From the NCBI GenBank assembly GCA_902560725.1, contig CACEMR010000001.1, positions 134,713 through 198,712 of the forward strand: a stretch of 64,000 nt of DNA, written 5' to 3'. Shown here in pieces: positions 54,634-64,000 of the stretch. Numbering within the stretch: the stretch's first letter is position 1; every line of letters starts with the position of its first letter. The position numbers were made by a program, and so were the translations under genes. The notes below the pieces were generated by a model. It ran no database searches and was not told the origin of the DNA. It saw nothing but the letters and a program-made list of their open reading frames with translations. The stretch is from an uncultured Alphaproteobacteria bacterium (GTDB lineage Bacteria; Pseudomonadota; Alphaproteobacteria; HIMB59; GCA-002718135).

Positions 54634-55932
54634 ATGATTAGTTTTAAAATTGATAATGGATTAAAAGGAAATCCAAAAATTCCGGGTGACAAATCGATTT
54701 CTCATAGATCTATTATAATCCCTTCAATCTCAAATGGTATTTGTGAGGTTAAAAATTATTTAGAATCTGAAGATGTAATTAATACTTTAGAAACTTTTAT
54801 TTCTATGGGAGTAAAAATTATTAAAAATGATAAAAAATTAATAATAGAAGGAAAGGGTCTTAATTCTTTAAAAAAACCAAATAAAGATATTTACTTGGGA
54901 AATTCTGGAACTAGTGCTCGATTATTAACTGGTTTATTGTGTTCACAAAAATTTGACTCAATTTTAACAGGTGATTCATCATTGTCTTCAAGGCCTATGA
55001 GCAGAATAGCAGAGCCTTTAAAAAAGATGGAAGCTAATATTGTTACTAACAATGGTAAAATGCCCTTAATTATTAAAGGTTGCAATCTTGTAAATGCAGA
55101 AATTGATATCAAAATACCCTCAGCTCAAATTAAATCTGGTGTCATTCTTGCTGCTTTGAATACAGAAGGAATAACAAAAATTATTGAACATAATATCTCA
55201 AGAGACCATACTGAAATAATGCTTGAAGCATTTCAGGCTGATATCAAAATTACTAGAGAAGATAAAAAAAAGATCATTGCTATTAATGGCAAAAAAGAGC
55301 TTCAGTCTAAAAATATTGATGTACCTAGCGATCTTTCAAGTAGTGCTTTTTTTATAGTAGCGTCCTTAATAAATAAAAATTCACATTTAAAATTAAAAAA
55401 TATAAACATTAATCCCACTAGAAATGGAATTTTAATAGCTCTTGAAAAAATGGGTGCAAACATTTTATATTCAAATCAAAGAACTATTAATAATGAAAAA
55501 ATTTGTGACATTGAAGTTTATACTTCTGATCTTAAAGGATGTGATCTACACGCAGATGTTGCAAATTTAATGATAGACGAATACCCAATTCTTTCAATTG
55601 CAGCATCATTTGCAAACTCACCAAGTGTTTTTAGAGGATTGGGTGAATTGAAGGTTAAAGAAAGTGATAGATTAAAACTTATAAATATTAATTTACTTAA
55701 TTGTGGAGTTGATTGTAAAATAATTGATGACGATTTACATATTTTTCCAAGTAAAAAATTTGAAATTAAAAATAATACTATTAAAACAGATTTTGATCAT
55801 AGAATTGCTATGGCTTTTGCTGTAATGGGTTCAAAAATAGGTCCATTAAATATTAAAGAATCTAATTCAATTAATACTAGCTTTCCTTCTTTTGTTAATG
55901 AGTTCAATACCATTGGCGGTAAAATTTCTTGA
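54634..55932 (+). CDS. aroA: 3-phosphoshikimate 1-carboxyvinyltransferase (EPSP synthase)
   Basis: PGDKSISHRS and LGNSGTSARLL motifs, plus the C-terminal DHRIAMAFAV. Confidence 0.92.
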   Translation: MISFKIDNGLKGNPKIPGDKSISHRSIIIPSISNGICEVKNYLESEDVINTLETFISMGVKIIKNDKKLIIEGKGLNSLKKPNKDIYLGNSGTSARLLTGLLCSQKFDSILTGDSSLSSRPMSRIAEPLKKMEANIVTNNGKMPLIIKGCNLVNAEIDIKIPSAQIKSGVILAALNTEGITKIIEHNISRDHTEIMLEAFQADIKITREDKKKIIAINGKKELQSKNIDVPSDLSSSAFFIVASLINKNSHLKLKNININPTRNGILIALEKMGANILYSNQRTINNEKICDIEVYTSDLKGCDLHADVANLMIDEYPILSIAASFANSPSVFRGLGELKVKESDRLKLININLLNCGVDCKIIDDDLHIFPSKKFEIKNNTIKTDFDHRIAMAFAVMGSKIGPLNIKESNSINTSFPSFVNEFNTIGGKIS

Positions 55933-56564
55933 AAAAAATAATAATTACTGTTGACGGTCCAGCTGCCTCAGGAAAAGGCAAGATTTCAAAATACATAAGT
56001 AGAAAATGGAATTATAAGCATCTTGACTCAGGAATTTTGTATAGGAATTTAGCCTATATATTCTTACAAAATGGTATTAATTTGAATTCTACAAAGGAAA
56101 TCAAAAAAATAATTAATAAGAAAAATACAATCTCTTATAGAAAGTCAAAAAAACTAAGAACTGAAAAAATTAGTAAAATAGCTTCAAAAATAGCTGTTCA
56201 TCAATTTGTTAGGAATTTTATCAATAAATTCCAGAGAAAATTCATTAAATCCAATTTAAAAAATAGACATTTCGTGATTGACGGAAGAGATATAGGATCA
56301 GTTGTTTTTAAAAATGCTAATCTTAAACTATATATTGATGTTTCAGAAAAAAATAGAGCAAAAAGGAGATATAAACAGTTGATTGATAATGGTGAAAAGT
56401 CTATATACCCTCAAATTTTGAAAGATATTAAATTGAGAGATAAAAAAGATAAAGCAAGAAAAAACTCGCCTTTAGTTATTCCTAAAGGTGCATTTATAAT
56501 AGATAACAATAGTTCATTTCGAAATACATCATTACAGATCAATAAACTAATAAAGAAAATTTAA
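55929..56564 (+). CDS. cmk: cytidylate kinase
   Basis: TTG start overlapping the aroA stop. P-loop ITVDGPAASGKG. Sits in cmk-rpsA synteny. Confidence 0.85.
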   Translation: MKKIIITVDGPAASGKGKISKYISRKWNYKHLDSGILYRNLAYIFLQNGINLNSTKEIKKIINKKNTISYRKSKKLRTEKISKIASKIAVHQFVRNFINKFQRKFIKSNLKNRHFVIDGRDIGSVVFKNANLKLYIDVSEKNRAKRRYKQLIDNGEKSIYPQILKDIKLRDKKDKARKNSPLVIPKGAFIIDNNSSFRNTSLQINKLIKKI

Positions 56565-56565
56565 T

Positions 56566-58264
56566 ATGGTTAGTAACACAAACAAAATTTCGAATTCTGA
56601 ATATGATGATTTATTATCAAATGCCTTCAAAGATACAAATATTAAGGAAAAAAGTATTATTTCAGGAACTATAGTTTCAATTGAAAATGATATTGTGACC
56701 ATTGATGTTGGTTTAAAAAGTGAAGGACGTATTCCAATAAATGAATTTTCTAGACCAGGGCACAAAGCTGAAATTAATGTTGGAGATAAAACTGAAGTTT
56801 ACATAGAAAATCTTGATAATTCAAATGGAGAGACAAGTTTATCAAGAGAAAAAGCAGTTAAACAAAAAGCATGGCACGAATTACAAGAAAGCTTTACAAA
56901 TAATGCTGTTGTAACCGGTACACCTTTTAACAGAGTAAAAGGAGGTATGAGTGTAGATTTAAATGGCGTAACTGCATTTCTTCCGGGAAGCCAGATTGAC
57001 TCGAGACAAGTTGTTAAAGATACAAAAGAGTTACTTAATAAGCCTATTGAGTTAATTATTTTGAAAATGGATAAATTTAGAGGCAATATTGTAGTATCAA
57101 GAAAAGCAATTACTGAAAATGAGTTAAAAGAGCAAAGAAAAGAATTATTAGATAAAATTGAAGAAGGATCAATAATTGAAGGTAAAGTTAAAAATCTAAC
57201 AGATTATGGAGCTTTTATTGACCTTGGTGGTATAGATGGTTTAGTTCATGTAACAGACATATCCTGGACTAAAATTAATAATCCAAGTGAAATATTGGAG
57301 TTAAATCAAAACATTAAAGTAAAGGTTCTAAAATTTGATGAAGAACTATCTAGGTTAAGTTTAGGTATTAAACAGCTAACAACAAATCCTTGGGATTCTG
57401 TAAATGAAGATATAAAAGTAAACGAGGTAATACAGGCAAAAATTTCAAATATCAGCGATAATCAAGTTAATGTTATTATTAAAGAGTCTTATGATGGTAC
57501 AATTTCGCTTAACGAACTAACTTGGCTTAAAAAGCCTCCTCATCCATCAAAGATAATAAATTTAAATGATTTAATTGAAGTCAAAGTTTTAGAAATAGAT
57601 GATGATAGAAAAAAAATTATATGTAGTTTGAGACAAATGAGAGATAATCCTTGGATAAAGCTTAATGATACCTATAAAATTAATGATTCTTTTGAAACTG
57701 AAATAGTCAACATAGTTGATTTTGGTATATTTGTAAAAGTTCAAGATGAAATTGACGGAATGGTACATGTATCTGATTTAAGTTGGGATGAAAAAGAGTG
57801 CTCGACTATGCTTAAAAATTTCAAAAAAAATGACAAAATAAAAGTTAAAATATTAGATATTAATGTTGATAAAGAAAGAATAAGCTTGGGTATTAAACAT
57901 TTAAACAGTGATCCCGTACAAGACTTTCTTGATAAAAACCCTATAAAATCAAAAGTTACAGGTAAAATTTCAGAAGTTGATGAAAAAGGAATAAAAGTCG
58001 AAATAGATAAATCAAAAAAAATATATGGATACATCAAGAAAATTAATCTTTCTAAGGATAAAAACGAACAAAAAACAGATAGGTTTGCAATAGATGAAAA
58101 TGTTGACTCAGTTATTGTTTCTATAGATTTAAAAAACAAGAATTTTAAATCTATCTATAAAAGAACTTGAAATTCAAGATGAAAAAGAAGCTTTATCAAA
58201 ATATGGCTCAAGTGCCTCAGGAGCGTCTTTGGGAGACATACTGGGTTCGGTTCTAAAAAAATAG
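56566..58264 (+). CDS. rpsA: 30S ribosomal protein S1, reading frame interrupted by one extra A in the A6 run at 58131..58136
   Basis: Six S1-domain repeats. The track ORF stops at 58170. The next frame from 58136 encodes TRILNLSIKELEIQDEKEALSKYGSSASGASLGDILGSVLKK-stop (58264), a typical S1 C-terminus. Confidence 0.9.
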
Positions 58265-58269
58265 AACTA

Positions 58270-58569
58270 ATGTTAAAATCTCAAATATTAGAAAAACTTC
58301 ATAGTAAGTACAATAATTTTAAATATGAAGATATTGAAAATCTATTTGAAATTTTTATAAAAAAAATAACTCATTCATTAAAAGAGGGAAATAATATTGA
58401 AATTAGAGGTTTTGGAACTTTAAGTCGAAAACTTAATAAAGAAAAATTCGTTAGAAACCCAAAAACTAATGAAAGGTTATATAAAAATAAATCATATAAA
58501 GTTCATTTTAAGATTGGAAAAATACTACATAGTAGAATAAATTCTAAAACTGTTAATGAAAGCGAATAA
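58270..58569 (+). CDS. ihfB: integration host factor subunit beta (HU/IHF family)
   Basis: IEIRGFGTLSRK...RNPKTNE beta-arm motif, 99 aa, in the alphaproteobacterial rpsA-ihfB position. Confidence 0.85.
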   Translation: MLKSQILEKLHSKYNNFKYEDIENLFEIFIKKITHSLKEGNNIEIRGFGTLSRKLNKEKFVRNPKTNERLYKNKSYKVHFKIGKILHSRINSKTVNESE

Positions 58570-59243
58570 AGTTATAGTTGCTTTAGATACAAGTAATATC
58601 AAAAAAGTAAAAGAAATTGTTCAGAAGTTAAAATCAGAAGTTTATGCTTTTAAAATAGGATATGAGTTTTTTCTAAACCATGGAATTAAAGGTTATAATA
58701 CTGTAAGAAAAATTTGTCCTAGAATTTTTTTAGACTTAAAATTACACGACATTCCTAATACTACAAAAAAAAGGTATTGAAGCTATAAATAAATTAAAAC
58801 CTTTACTTACCACAATACATATTTCAGGTGGTGATGAAATGATGAAAGCCAGTTTGATTAATAGAAAGCATACAAAAATTCTCGGTGTATCAATTTTAAC
58901 AAGTCTTGATAATACACAAACCAAGAAATATTATAATGAAAAAAAAATTGAAAATTTAGTAAAAAAATTTGTCAAGCAAGCAAAAAAAAATAAATTAGAC
59001 GGAGTGATTTGCAGTCCAAAAGAAATAAAATATATTCGTAAAGAAGTAGGTAAAAATTTTCTTATAATAACACCTGGTATAAGAATAAATAATTCAAACA
59101 AAATTAAGGATGATCAAAAAAGGGTTCTTACTCCAGCAGAAGCAATAAGTTTAGGAGCAAATTTTTTAGTGATAGGAAGGCCAATATTACAATCAAAAAA
59201 TCCTCTAAATACAATAAGAGAAATTAATAAAACTATAAATTAA
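58556..59243 (+). CDS. pyrF: orotidine 5-prime-phosphate decarboxylase, reading frame interrupted by one extra A in the A8 run at 58765..58772
   Basis: The N-terminal ORF (VIVALDT, FKIGYEFF, DLKLHDIPNT) and the C-terminal ORF (ILTS, ITPGIR, LVIGRPI) are the two halves of PyrF. The downstream frame stays open back to the A-run (GIEAINKLKPLLTTIHISGGDEMM...). Confidence 0.85.
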
Positions 59244-59244
59244 A

Positions 59245-59874
59245 ATGATTATAAAAATTTGTGGAATTAAAAATCAAGACACACTTAGTTTTTGTGAAAA
59301 AAATAATGTAAATTATTTTGGAATGATATTTTATAAAAATAGTCCAAGAAATATTTCGTTTGAGTCTGCAAAAGAACTACAAAACATGTCAAAAAAATTT
59401 AAAATTAACGGTGTAGGTGTCTTTGTTAATGAAAGTGTTAATAATCTAAAACAATATATTAATTATCTCGGATTAAAGTTTATACAACTTCATGGTGAGG
59501 AAGATAATAATTACATTAAAGAAATTAAAAAATTAAATCTTAAAGTTATAAAGAAAATTTCAATCAATGATGAAAAAGATATTGATAATATAGATAATTT
59601 TAATGATGCTGATTTTTTTTTATTTGATTATAAACCCAAAAAAGGTGAATTGCCTGGAGGAAATGCAAAAAGCTTTAACTGGAATATTATTAAAAATATC
59701 AAGATAAATAAACCCTGGTTTGTCTCAGGAGGAATTAATTTAGATAATATTCATTTTTTAAAAACAAATATTAAACCATTTGGTATTGATTTATCATCAG
59801 GAGTTGAAAAAGAGCTTGGCATTAAAGATAATCAGATTATAAATAATTTTATTGATAAAGTAAAAAATGCTTAA
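59245..59874 (+). CDS. trpF: phosphoribosylanthranilate isomerase
   Basis: MIIKICGI N-terminus, QLHG motif, and trpF-trpB-trpA order. Confidence 0.85.
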   Translation: MIIKICGIKNQDTLSFCEKNNVNYFGMIFYKNSPRNISFESAKELQNMSKKFKINGVGVFVNESVNNLKQYINYLGLKFIQLHGEEDNNYIKEIKKLNLKVIKKISINDEKDIDNIDNFNDADFFLFDYKPKKGELPGGNAKSFNWNIIKNIKINKPWFVSGGINLDNIHFLKTNIKPFGIDLSSGVEKELGIKDNQIINNFIDKVKNA

Positions 59875-61075
59875 AAATTCATATAAAAACTATCCTAATG
59901 AAAAAGGATATTTTGGCCAATTTGGTGGTAGATATGTTTCTGAAACATTAATGCCTTTAATTCTAGAGGTTGAAAAAGAGTATGAAAAAATAAAGAATGA
60001 TAGAAACTTCATTAAAGAATTTAACTATTATTTAGAAACATATATTGGAAGGCCTAGTCCACTTTTTTTTGCAGAAAGAATAACCAAAGATTTAAATGGT
60101 CCAAAAATTTATTTTAAGAGAGATGAATTAAATCATACTGGTGCTCACAAAATAAATAATTGCATGGGTCAAATTTTACTTGCAAAAAAAATGGGAAAAA
60201 CAAGAATTATAGCTGAAACAGGAGCCGGTCAACATGGGGTTGCAACAGCTACGGTATGTGCTTTATTTGGTCTTCCCTGTATTGTTTACATGGGTGAAAA
60301 AGATATAGAAAGACAATCTCCTAATGTATTTAGAATGAAACTCCTTGGAGCTGAAATTAGAAGTGTTTCTACAGGTTCAAAATCACTAAAAGATGCTATG
60401 AATGAAGCACTAAGAGATTGGGTTACTAATGTAAAGGATACTTTTTATATTATTGGCACAGCAGCTGGACCACATCCATATCCTGCTATGGTTAGAGATT
60501 TTCAATCAGTAATTGGAAAAGAAGTAAGACAGCAACTAAAGGATATTGAGGGCAAATCACCAGATTTATTGATGGCGTGTATAGGTGGAGGTTCAAATGC
60601 TTTAGGGTTATTTTATGAATTCCTTGATGACAGCAATGTTGAAATGATTGCAGTAGAAGCTGCAGGGCATGGAATAAACACAGACAAACATGCTGCAAGT
60701 TTAACGGGGGGTAAACCTGGTGTTTTACATGGAAATAAAACTTATCTTTTACAATCAAATACTGGACAAATTCAAGAAGCACACTCAATATCAGCTGGAT
60801 TAGATTATCCTGGCATTGGTCCTGAACATTCATTTTTATTTGAAGAAAAGAGAGTAAAGTATATGTCTGCTACTGATAAAGAAGCCTTAGATGCATTTAA
60901 ATATTGTTGCAAACTTGAAGGTATTATTCCAGCATTAGAACCTGCGCATGCTTTGTCTGTTTTAAGAAAAATAGCAAAAAATTATAATAAAGATAAAATA
61001 ATTGTAATGAATATGTGTGGCAGAGGAGACAAAGATATATTTACAATTGCTGAAGAACTTAAAATAAAAATTTGA
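59867..61075 (+). CDS. trpB: tryptophan synthase beta chain
   Basis: [14 protein letters not shown]-lysine motif, [10 protein letters not shown], and GGGSNA. Confidence 0.95.
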   Translation: MLKNSYKNYPNEKGYFGQFGGRYVSETLMPLILEVEKEYEKIKNDRNFIKEFNYYLETYIGRPSPLFFAERITKDLNGPKIYFKRDELNHTGAHKINNCMGQILLAKKMGKTRIIAETGAGQHGVATATVCALFGLPCIVYMGEKDIERQSPNVFRMKLLGAEIRSVSTGSKSLKDAMNEALRDWVTNVKDTFYIIGTAAGPHPYPAMVRDFQSVIGKEVRQQLKDIEGKSPDLLMACIGGGSNALGLFYEFLDDSNVEMIAVEAAGHGINTDKHAASLTGGKPGVLHGNKTYLLQSNTGQIQEAHSISAGLDYPGIGPEHSFLFEEKRVKYMSATDKEALDAFKYCCKLEGIIPALEPAHALSVLRKIAKNYNKDKIIVMNMCGRGDKDIFTIAEELKIKI

Positions 61076-61869
61076 TGACTGATTTAATTAGTCACTGCTT
61101 CAAAGATAAAAATAAAAAATTAGTAACTTTTGTAACAGGTGGGGATCCTGATTTTGAAACAAGTAAAAAAATCATTGAAACTATTATAAATAATAATATC
61201 GATATTATTGAAATTGGTATGCCTTTTTCAGATCCAATGGCAGATGGTCCAACTATTCAACTATCTAGCAACAGAGCAATAAGTAAAAAAATTAATTTAA
61301 ATCATATTTTTAAATTAACTGCACATGCTAAAAAAATTAATAGTAAAGTACCAATAATTTTAATGGGTTACTACAATTTGATATTACACTTCGGTATTAA
61401 GGAATTTGTTAATAATTGCGTTGATTTTGGAGTTGATGGTTTAATAATAGTAGATCTTCAACCTGAAGAAGATAACGAACTAATAAAAGAATTAAATAAA
61501 AAAAATATTAATTTAATTAGATTAATCACTCCAACGACTGATGAAAGCAGATTGAAGTTAATCTTAAAAAATGCAAGTGGATTTTTATACTACGTGAGTG
61601 TAATGGGAACTACAGGTCAAAAATCTGCAAACATTAGTGAACTTAAGCAGTCAATTATGAAGATAAGAAATGTTACTGATTTGCCAATAATACCAGGATT
61701 TGGAATAAAAGATTCAACAGATGTAAAAAATATTTGTAAAATTTCTGATGGAGCAGTAGTGGGCTCTAGTATTATCAAAATAATTGAAGAAAATTTAAAT
61801 AATGAAGACATGATGTTAAGAAAAATTAGTCAATTTACAAAAGATCTTAAAACTGGAACAGAAATATGA
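61072..61869 (+). CDS. trpA: tryptophan synthase alpha chain
   Basis: [18 protein letters not shown] motif and GFGI near the C-terminus. The start is TTG 61072 or ATG 61075. Confidence 0.9.
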   Translation: MMTDLISHCFKDKNKKLVTFVTGGDPDFETSKKIIETIINNNIDIIEIGMPFSDPMADGPTIQLSSNRAISKKINLNHIFKLTAHAKKINSKVPIILMGYYNLILHFGIKEFVNNCVDFGVDGLIIVDLQPEEDNELIKELNKKNINLIRLITPTTDESRLKLILKNASGFLYYVSVMGTTGQKSANISELKQSIMKIRNVTDLPIIPGFGIKDSTDVKNICKISDGAVVGSSIIKIIEENLNNEDMMLRKISQFTKDLKTGTEI

Positions 61870-62708
61870 ACTGGTTAACTAATTTTGTAAAACCAAGATT
61901 ATCATCTTTAGTAAAAAGGAGAGATGTTCCAGAAAAATTATGGAATAACTGTGTTTCTTGTGGAAACATGATACACCATAAAGATCTTAAAGAAAATTTA
62001 AGAGTTTGCATGAATTGCAATTATCATTTTAGAATGTCAGCTGAGGATAGAATAAAATTATTTTTTAAAGATAATGAATATACAGAAATTGATTTGGATA
62101 AAATTTCAGATGACCCACTAAAATTTTCTGATAAGAAAAAATATAAAGATAGACTTAAGGAATATAGAAATAAAACAAATAGAGAAGATGCATTCATTCT
62201 AGTTCATGGAAAAATAAAAGATAAAGAAATAATTTCAGGAATGATGAATTTTGAATTTATGGGTGGTTCAATGGGACGCGCTGTGGGAGGCGCTATAGTA
62301 AAGGGAGCTAAAATAGCATTAGAAAAAAAACTCCCCTATGTTATTGTTACTTCTTCAGGAGGTGCAAGAATGCAAGAGGGTATAATAAGTTTAATGCAAA
62401 TGCCAAGAACTATTGCAGCTGTTGATCTTTTAAATGAAAATAAAATTCCATATATTGTGATTTTAACTGAGCCAACAACTGGGGGTGTTACAGCATCTTT
62501 TGCAATGTTAGGAGATATAACTATTGCAGAACAAGGAGCTACTATAGGTTTTGCTGGAAAAAGAGTAATTCAAGATACAATTAGAGAAGAACTTCCAATT
62601 GATTTTCAAAAAGCAGAGTATCTTAAAGATCATGGTATGGTCGATATTGTTTCTCATAGAAAAGATTTAAAAGAGACACTGTACAAAGTATTAAAACATA
62701 TAAATTAA
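61866..62708 (+). CDS. accD: acetyl-CoA carboxylase carboxyltransferase beta subunit
   Basis: N-terminal zinc ribbon CVSCGN..CMNCNYH and carboxyltransferase motifs GGSMG and SGGARMQEG. Confidence 0.95.
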   Translation: MNWLTNFVKPRLSSLVKRRDVPEKLWNNCVSCGNMIHHKDLKENLRVCMNCNYHFRMSAEDRIKLFFKDNEYTEIDLDKISDDPLKFSDKKKYKDRLKEYRNKTNREDAFILVHGKIKDKEIISGMMNFEFMGGSMGRAVGGAIVKGAKIALEKKLPYVIVTSSGGARMQEGIISLMQMPRTIAAVDLLNENKIPYIVILTEPTTGGVTASFAMLGDITIAEQGATIGFAGKRVIQDTIREELPIDFQKAEYLKDHGMVDIVSHRKDLKETLYKVLKHIN

Positions 62709-62711
62709 CAA

Positions 62712-63971
62712 GTGAAATCTAAAACTGATCAGTTATTAGATGAACTAATTAAACTTCATCCTAAATATATAGATTTATCACTAGAAAGAGTAAAAAAACT
62801 ACTCTATAAATTGGGAGATCCTCATCTGGACCTCCCTAATACTATTCATATTGCTGGAACAAATGGGAAAGGTTCGGTTCATAGTTTTATAAGAAATATT
62901 TTAGTATCAAATGGATATTCATGTGATGCATATATATCTCCACATTTAACGAAATTTAATGAGCGAATTATCTTAAACAATAAAGAGGTCAGCACTAATA
63001 AGTTATATAAAACATTAAAATTTGTCAAAAAAATAAATAATGATAATCCCATTACATTTTTTGAAATAACTACTGTTGCTGCATTTGTATTGTTTCAAAG
63101 AACAAAATCTGATTTTTTAATTCTTGAAACTGGGCTCGGAGGAAGATTAGATGCAACTAATATAATTCCTAAAAAAAAATTCAGTATCATAACTCCAATT
63201 AGTTATGATCATGAAGAATTTTTAGGTAATACAATTCATAAAATCACCAGGGAAAAATTAGGTATCATAAAAAATACTAAATTTGTTTTAATAAGTAAAC
63301 AAAAAAAAGAGGTAGAAAAATTTATTAAAAAAAAATTATTAAAAAGAAAAAATGTTTATTTTTATGGAAAAAATTTCAAAATTAATAAAATAAGTAAAAT
63401 GAAATTTGAATTTCAATTTAATAAAAAGAAAATGGTATTAAATAAACCTAAATTAAATGGTCATCATCAATTAGAAAATGCTTCAGTTGCTTTAGCTTTC
63501 TCAAAAATTATGCATGAAGAAAATTTAAACATAGATTTTAAAAAAATAAATCATGCAATAAAGAAAACTTCATGGCCAGGTAGATTAGAAATATTAAATT
63601 ATAATAGCAAAAAAATAATTTTAGATGGTTCTCATAATATTGATGGAGCTAAAAAATTAAAAGATTTCTTAAAAATAGAAAAGATGAAACCTGTTGTTTT
63701 GTTTGGGATGCTTAATAATAAAAAAATAGACATTTTTTTAAACTTAATTAAAAAACAAATTAAAACTATTCTAGCAATTAAAATTCCAGATGAAAAAAAT
63801 GCATTTACGGCAAATAAAATAAGTGAAATTTGTTCATTACTTTCAATAAATTGTTTAAAAGTTAAAAATGTTAATGAAGTTTTAAAATATATAAAAAAAT
63901 CAGATCAAAAAGTTTTTTTAATAACTGGATCTTTATATTTGGTTGGAAAAGTTAGATCTAAATTTTTATAA
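62712..63971 (+). CDS. folC: bifunctional folylpolyglutamate synthase/dihydrofolate synthase
   Basis: GTG start. Mur-ligase P-loop HIAGTNGKGS, and accD-folC synteny. Confidence 0.85.
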   Translation: MKSKTDQLLDELIKLHPKYIDLSLERVKKLLYKLGDPHLDLPNTIHIAGTNGKGSVHSFIRNILVSNGYSCDAYISPHLTKFNERIILNNKEVSTNKLYKTLKFVKKINNDNPITFFEITTVAAFVLFQRTKSDFLILETGLGGRLDATNIIPKKKFSIITPISYDHEEFLGNTIHKITREKLGIIKNTKFVLISKQKKEVEKFIKKKLLKRKNVYFYGKNFKINKISKMKFEFQFNKKKMVLNKPKLNGHHQLENASVALAFSKIMHEENLNIDFKKINHAIKKTSWPGRLEILNYNSKKIILDGSHNIDGAKKLKDFLKIEKMKPVVLFGMLNNKKIDIFLNLIKKQIKTILAIKIPDEKNAFTANKISEICSLLSINCLKVKNVNEVLKYIKKSDQKVFLITGSLYLVGKVRSKFL

Positions 63972-64000
63972 GCTAGTTTTAATCCAAGTTTCAATAGCAG

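Noticed and set aside
1-64000. CRISPR arrays, rRNA genes, IS elements, or large inverted or tandem repeats
   Set aside because: No regularly spaced direct repeats or terminal inverted repeats were found by eye. The abundant A/T homopolymers and short AT repeats reflect base composition only.
63972-64000. A possible 3-prime end of a minus-strand gene at the right edge, and the 75 nt at the left edge
   Set aside because: These stretches are too short to translate meaningfully or to assign.

Overview
Very AT-rich, extremely gene-dense alphaproteobacterial chromosome segment. It is most consistent with a streamlined SAR11/Pelagibacterales-type genome. This is an inference from composition, tiny or overlapping intergenic spacers, and synteny blocks: ffs-dnaX-ybaB-recR-def-fmt-truA, infC-rpmI-rplT-pheST-lepA, kdsD-lptCAB, cmk-rpsA-ihfB-pyrF-trpFBA-accD-folC. 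No database search was possible. About 60 protein genes, one intact tRNA-Ser(GGA) and one SRP RNA are supported. Most of the window is core housekeeping: translation, aromatic amino-acid and tryptophan synthesis, GOGAT gltBD, LPS core and transport, and a YejABEF-like peptide ABC importer. The accessory part is about 17.2-33.6 kb, a surface-glycan cluster that appears to hold two parallel modules. Each module has a DPM1-like GT2, nucleotide-sugar tailoring enzymes, and a large polytopic membrane protein; the two membrane proteins are paralogous and of unknown family. This cluster is split by tRNA-Ser(GGA). Downstream of the tRNA lie two nested truncated copies of its own 3-prime part, which delimit two small cargo islets with no integrase. 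One islet is compositionally foreign, about 45% G+C against about 25% for its surroundings. It carries a glutaminase with the metazoan kidney-type architecture (EF-hand-like N-domain, glutaminase core, ankyrin repeats), here with a duplicated ankyrin module. Two essential or biosynthetic genes, rpsA and pyrF, are each interrupted by one extra A in a poly-A run. No CRISPR array, transposase, integrase, rRNA or recognisable defence gene was seen.
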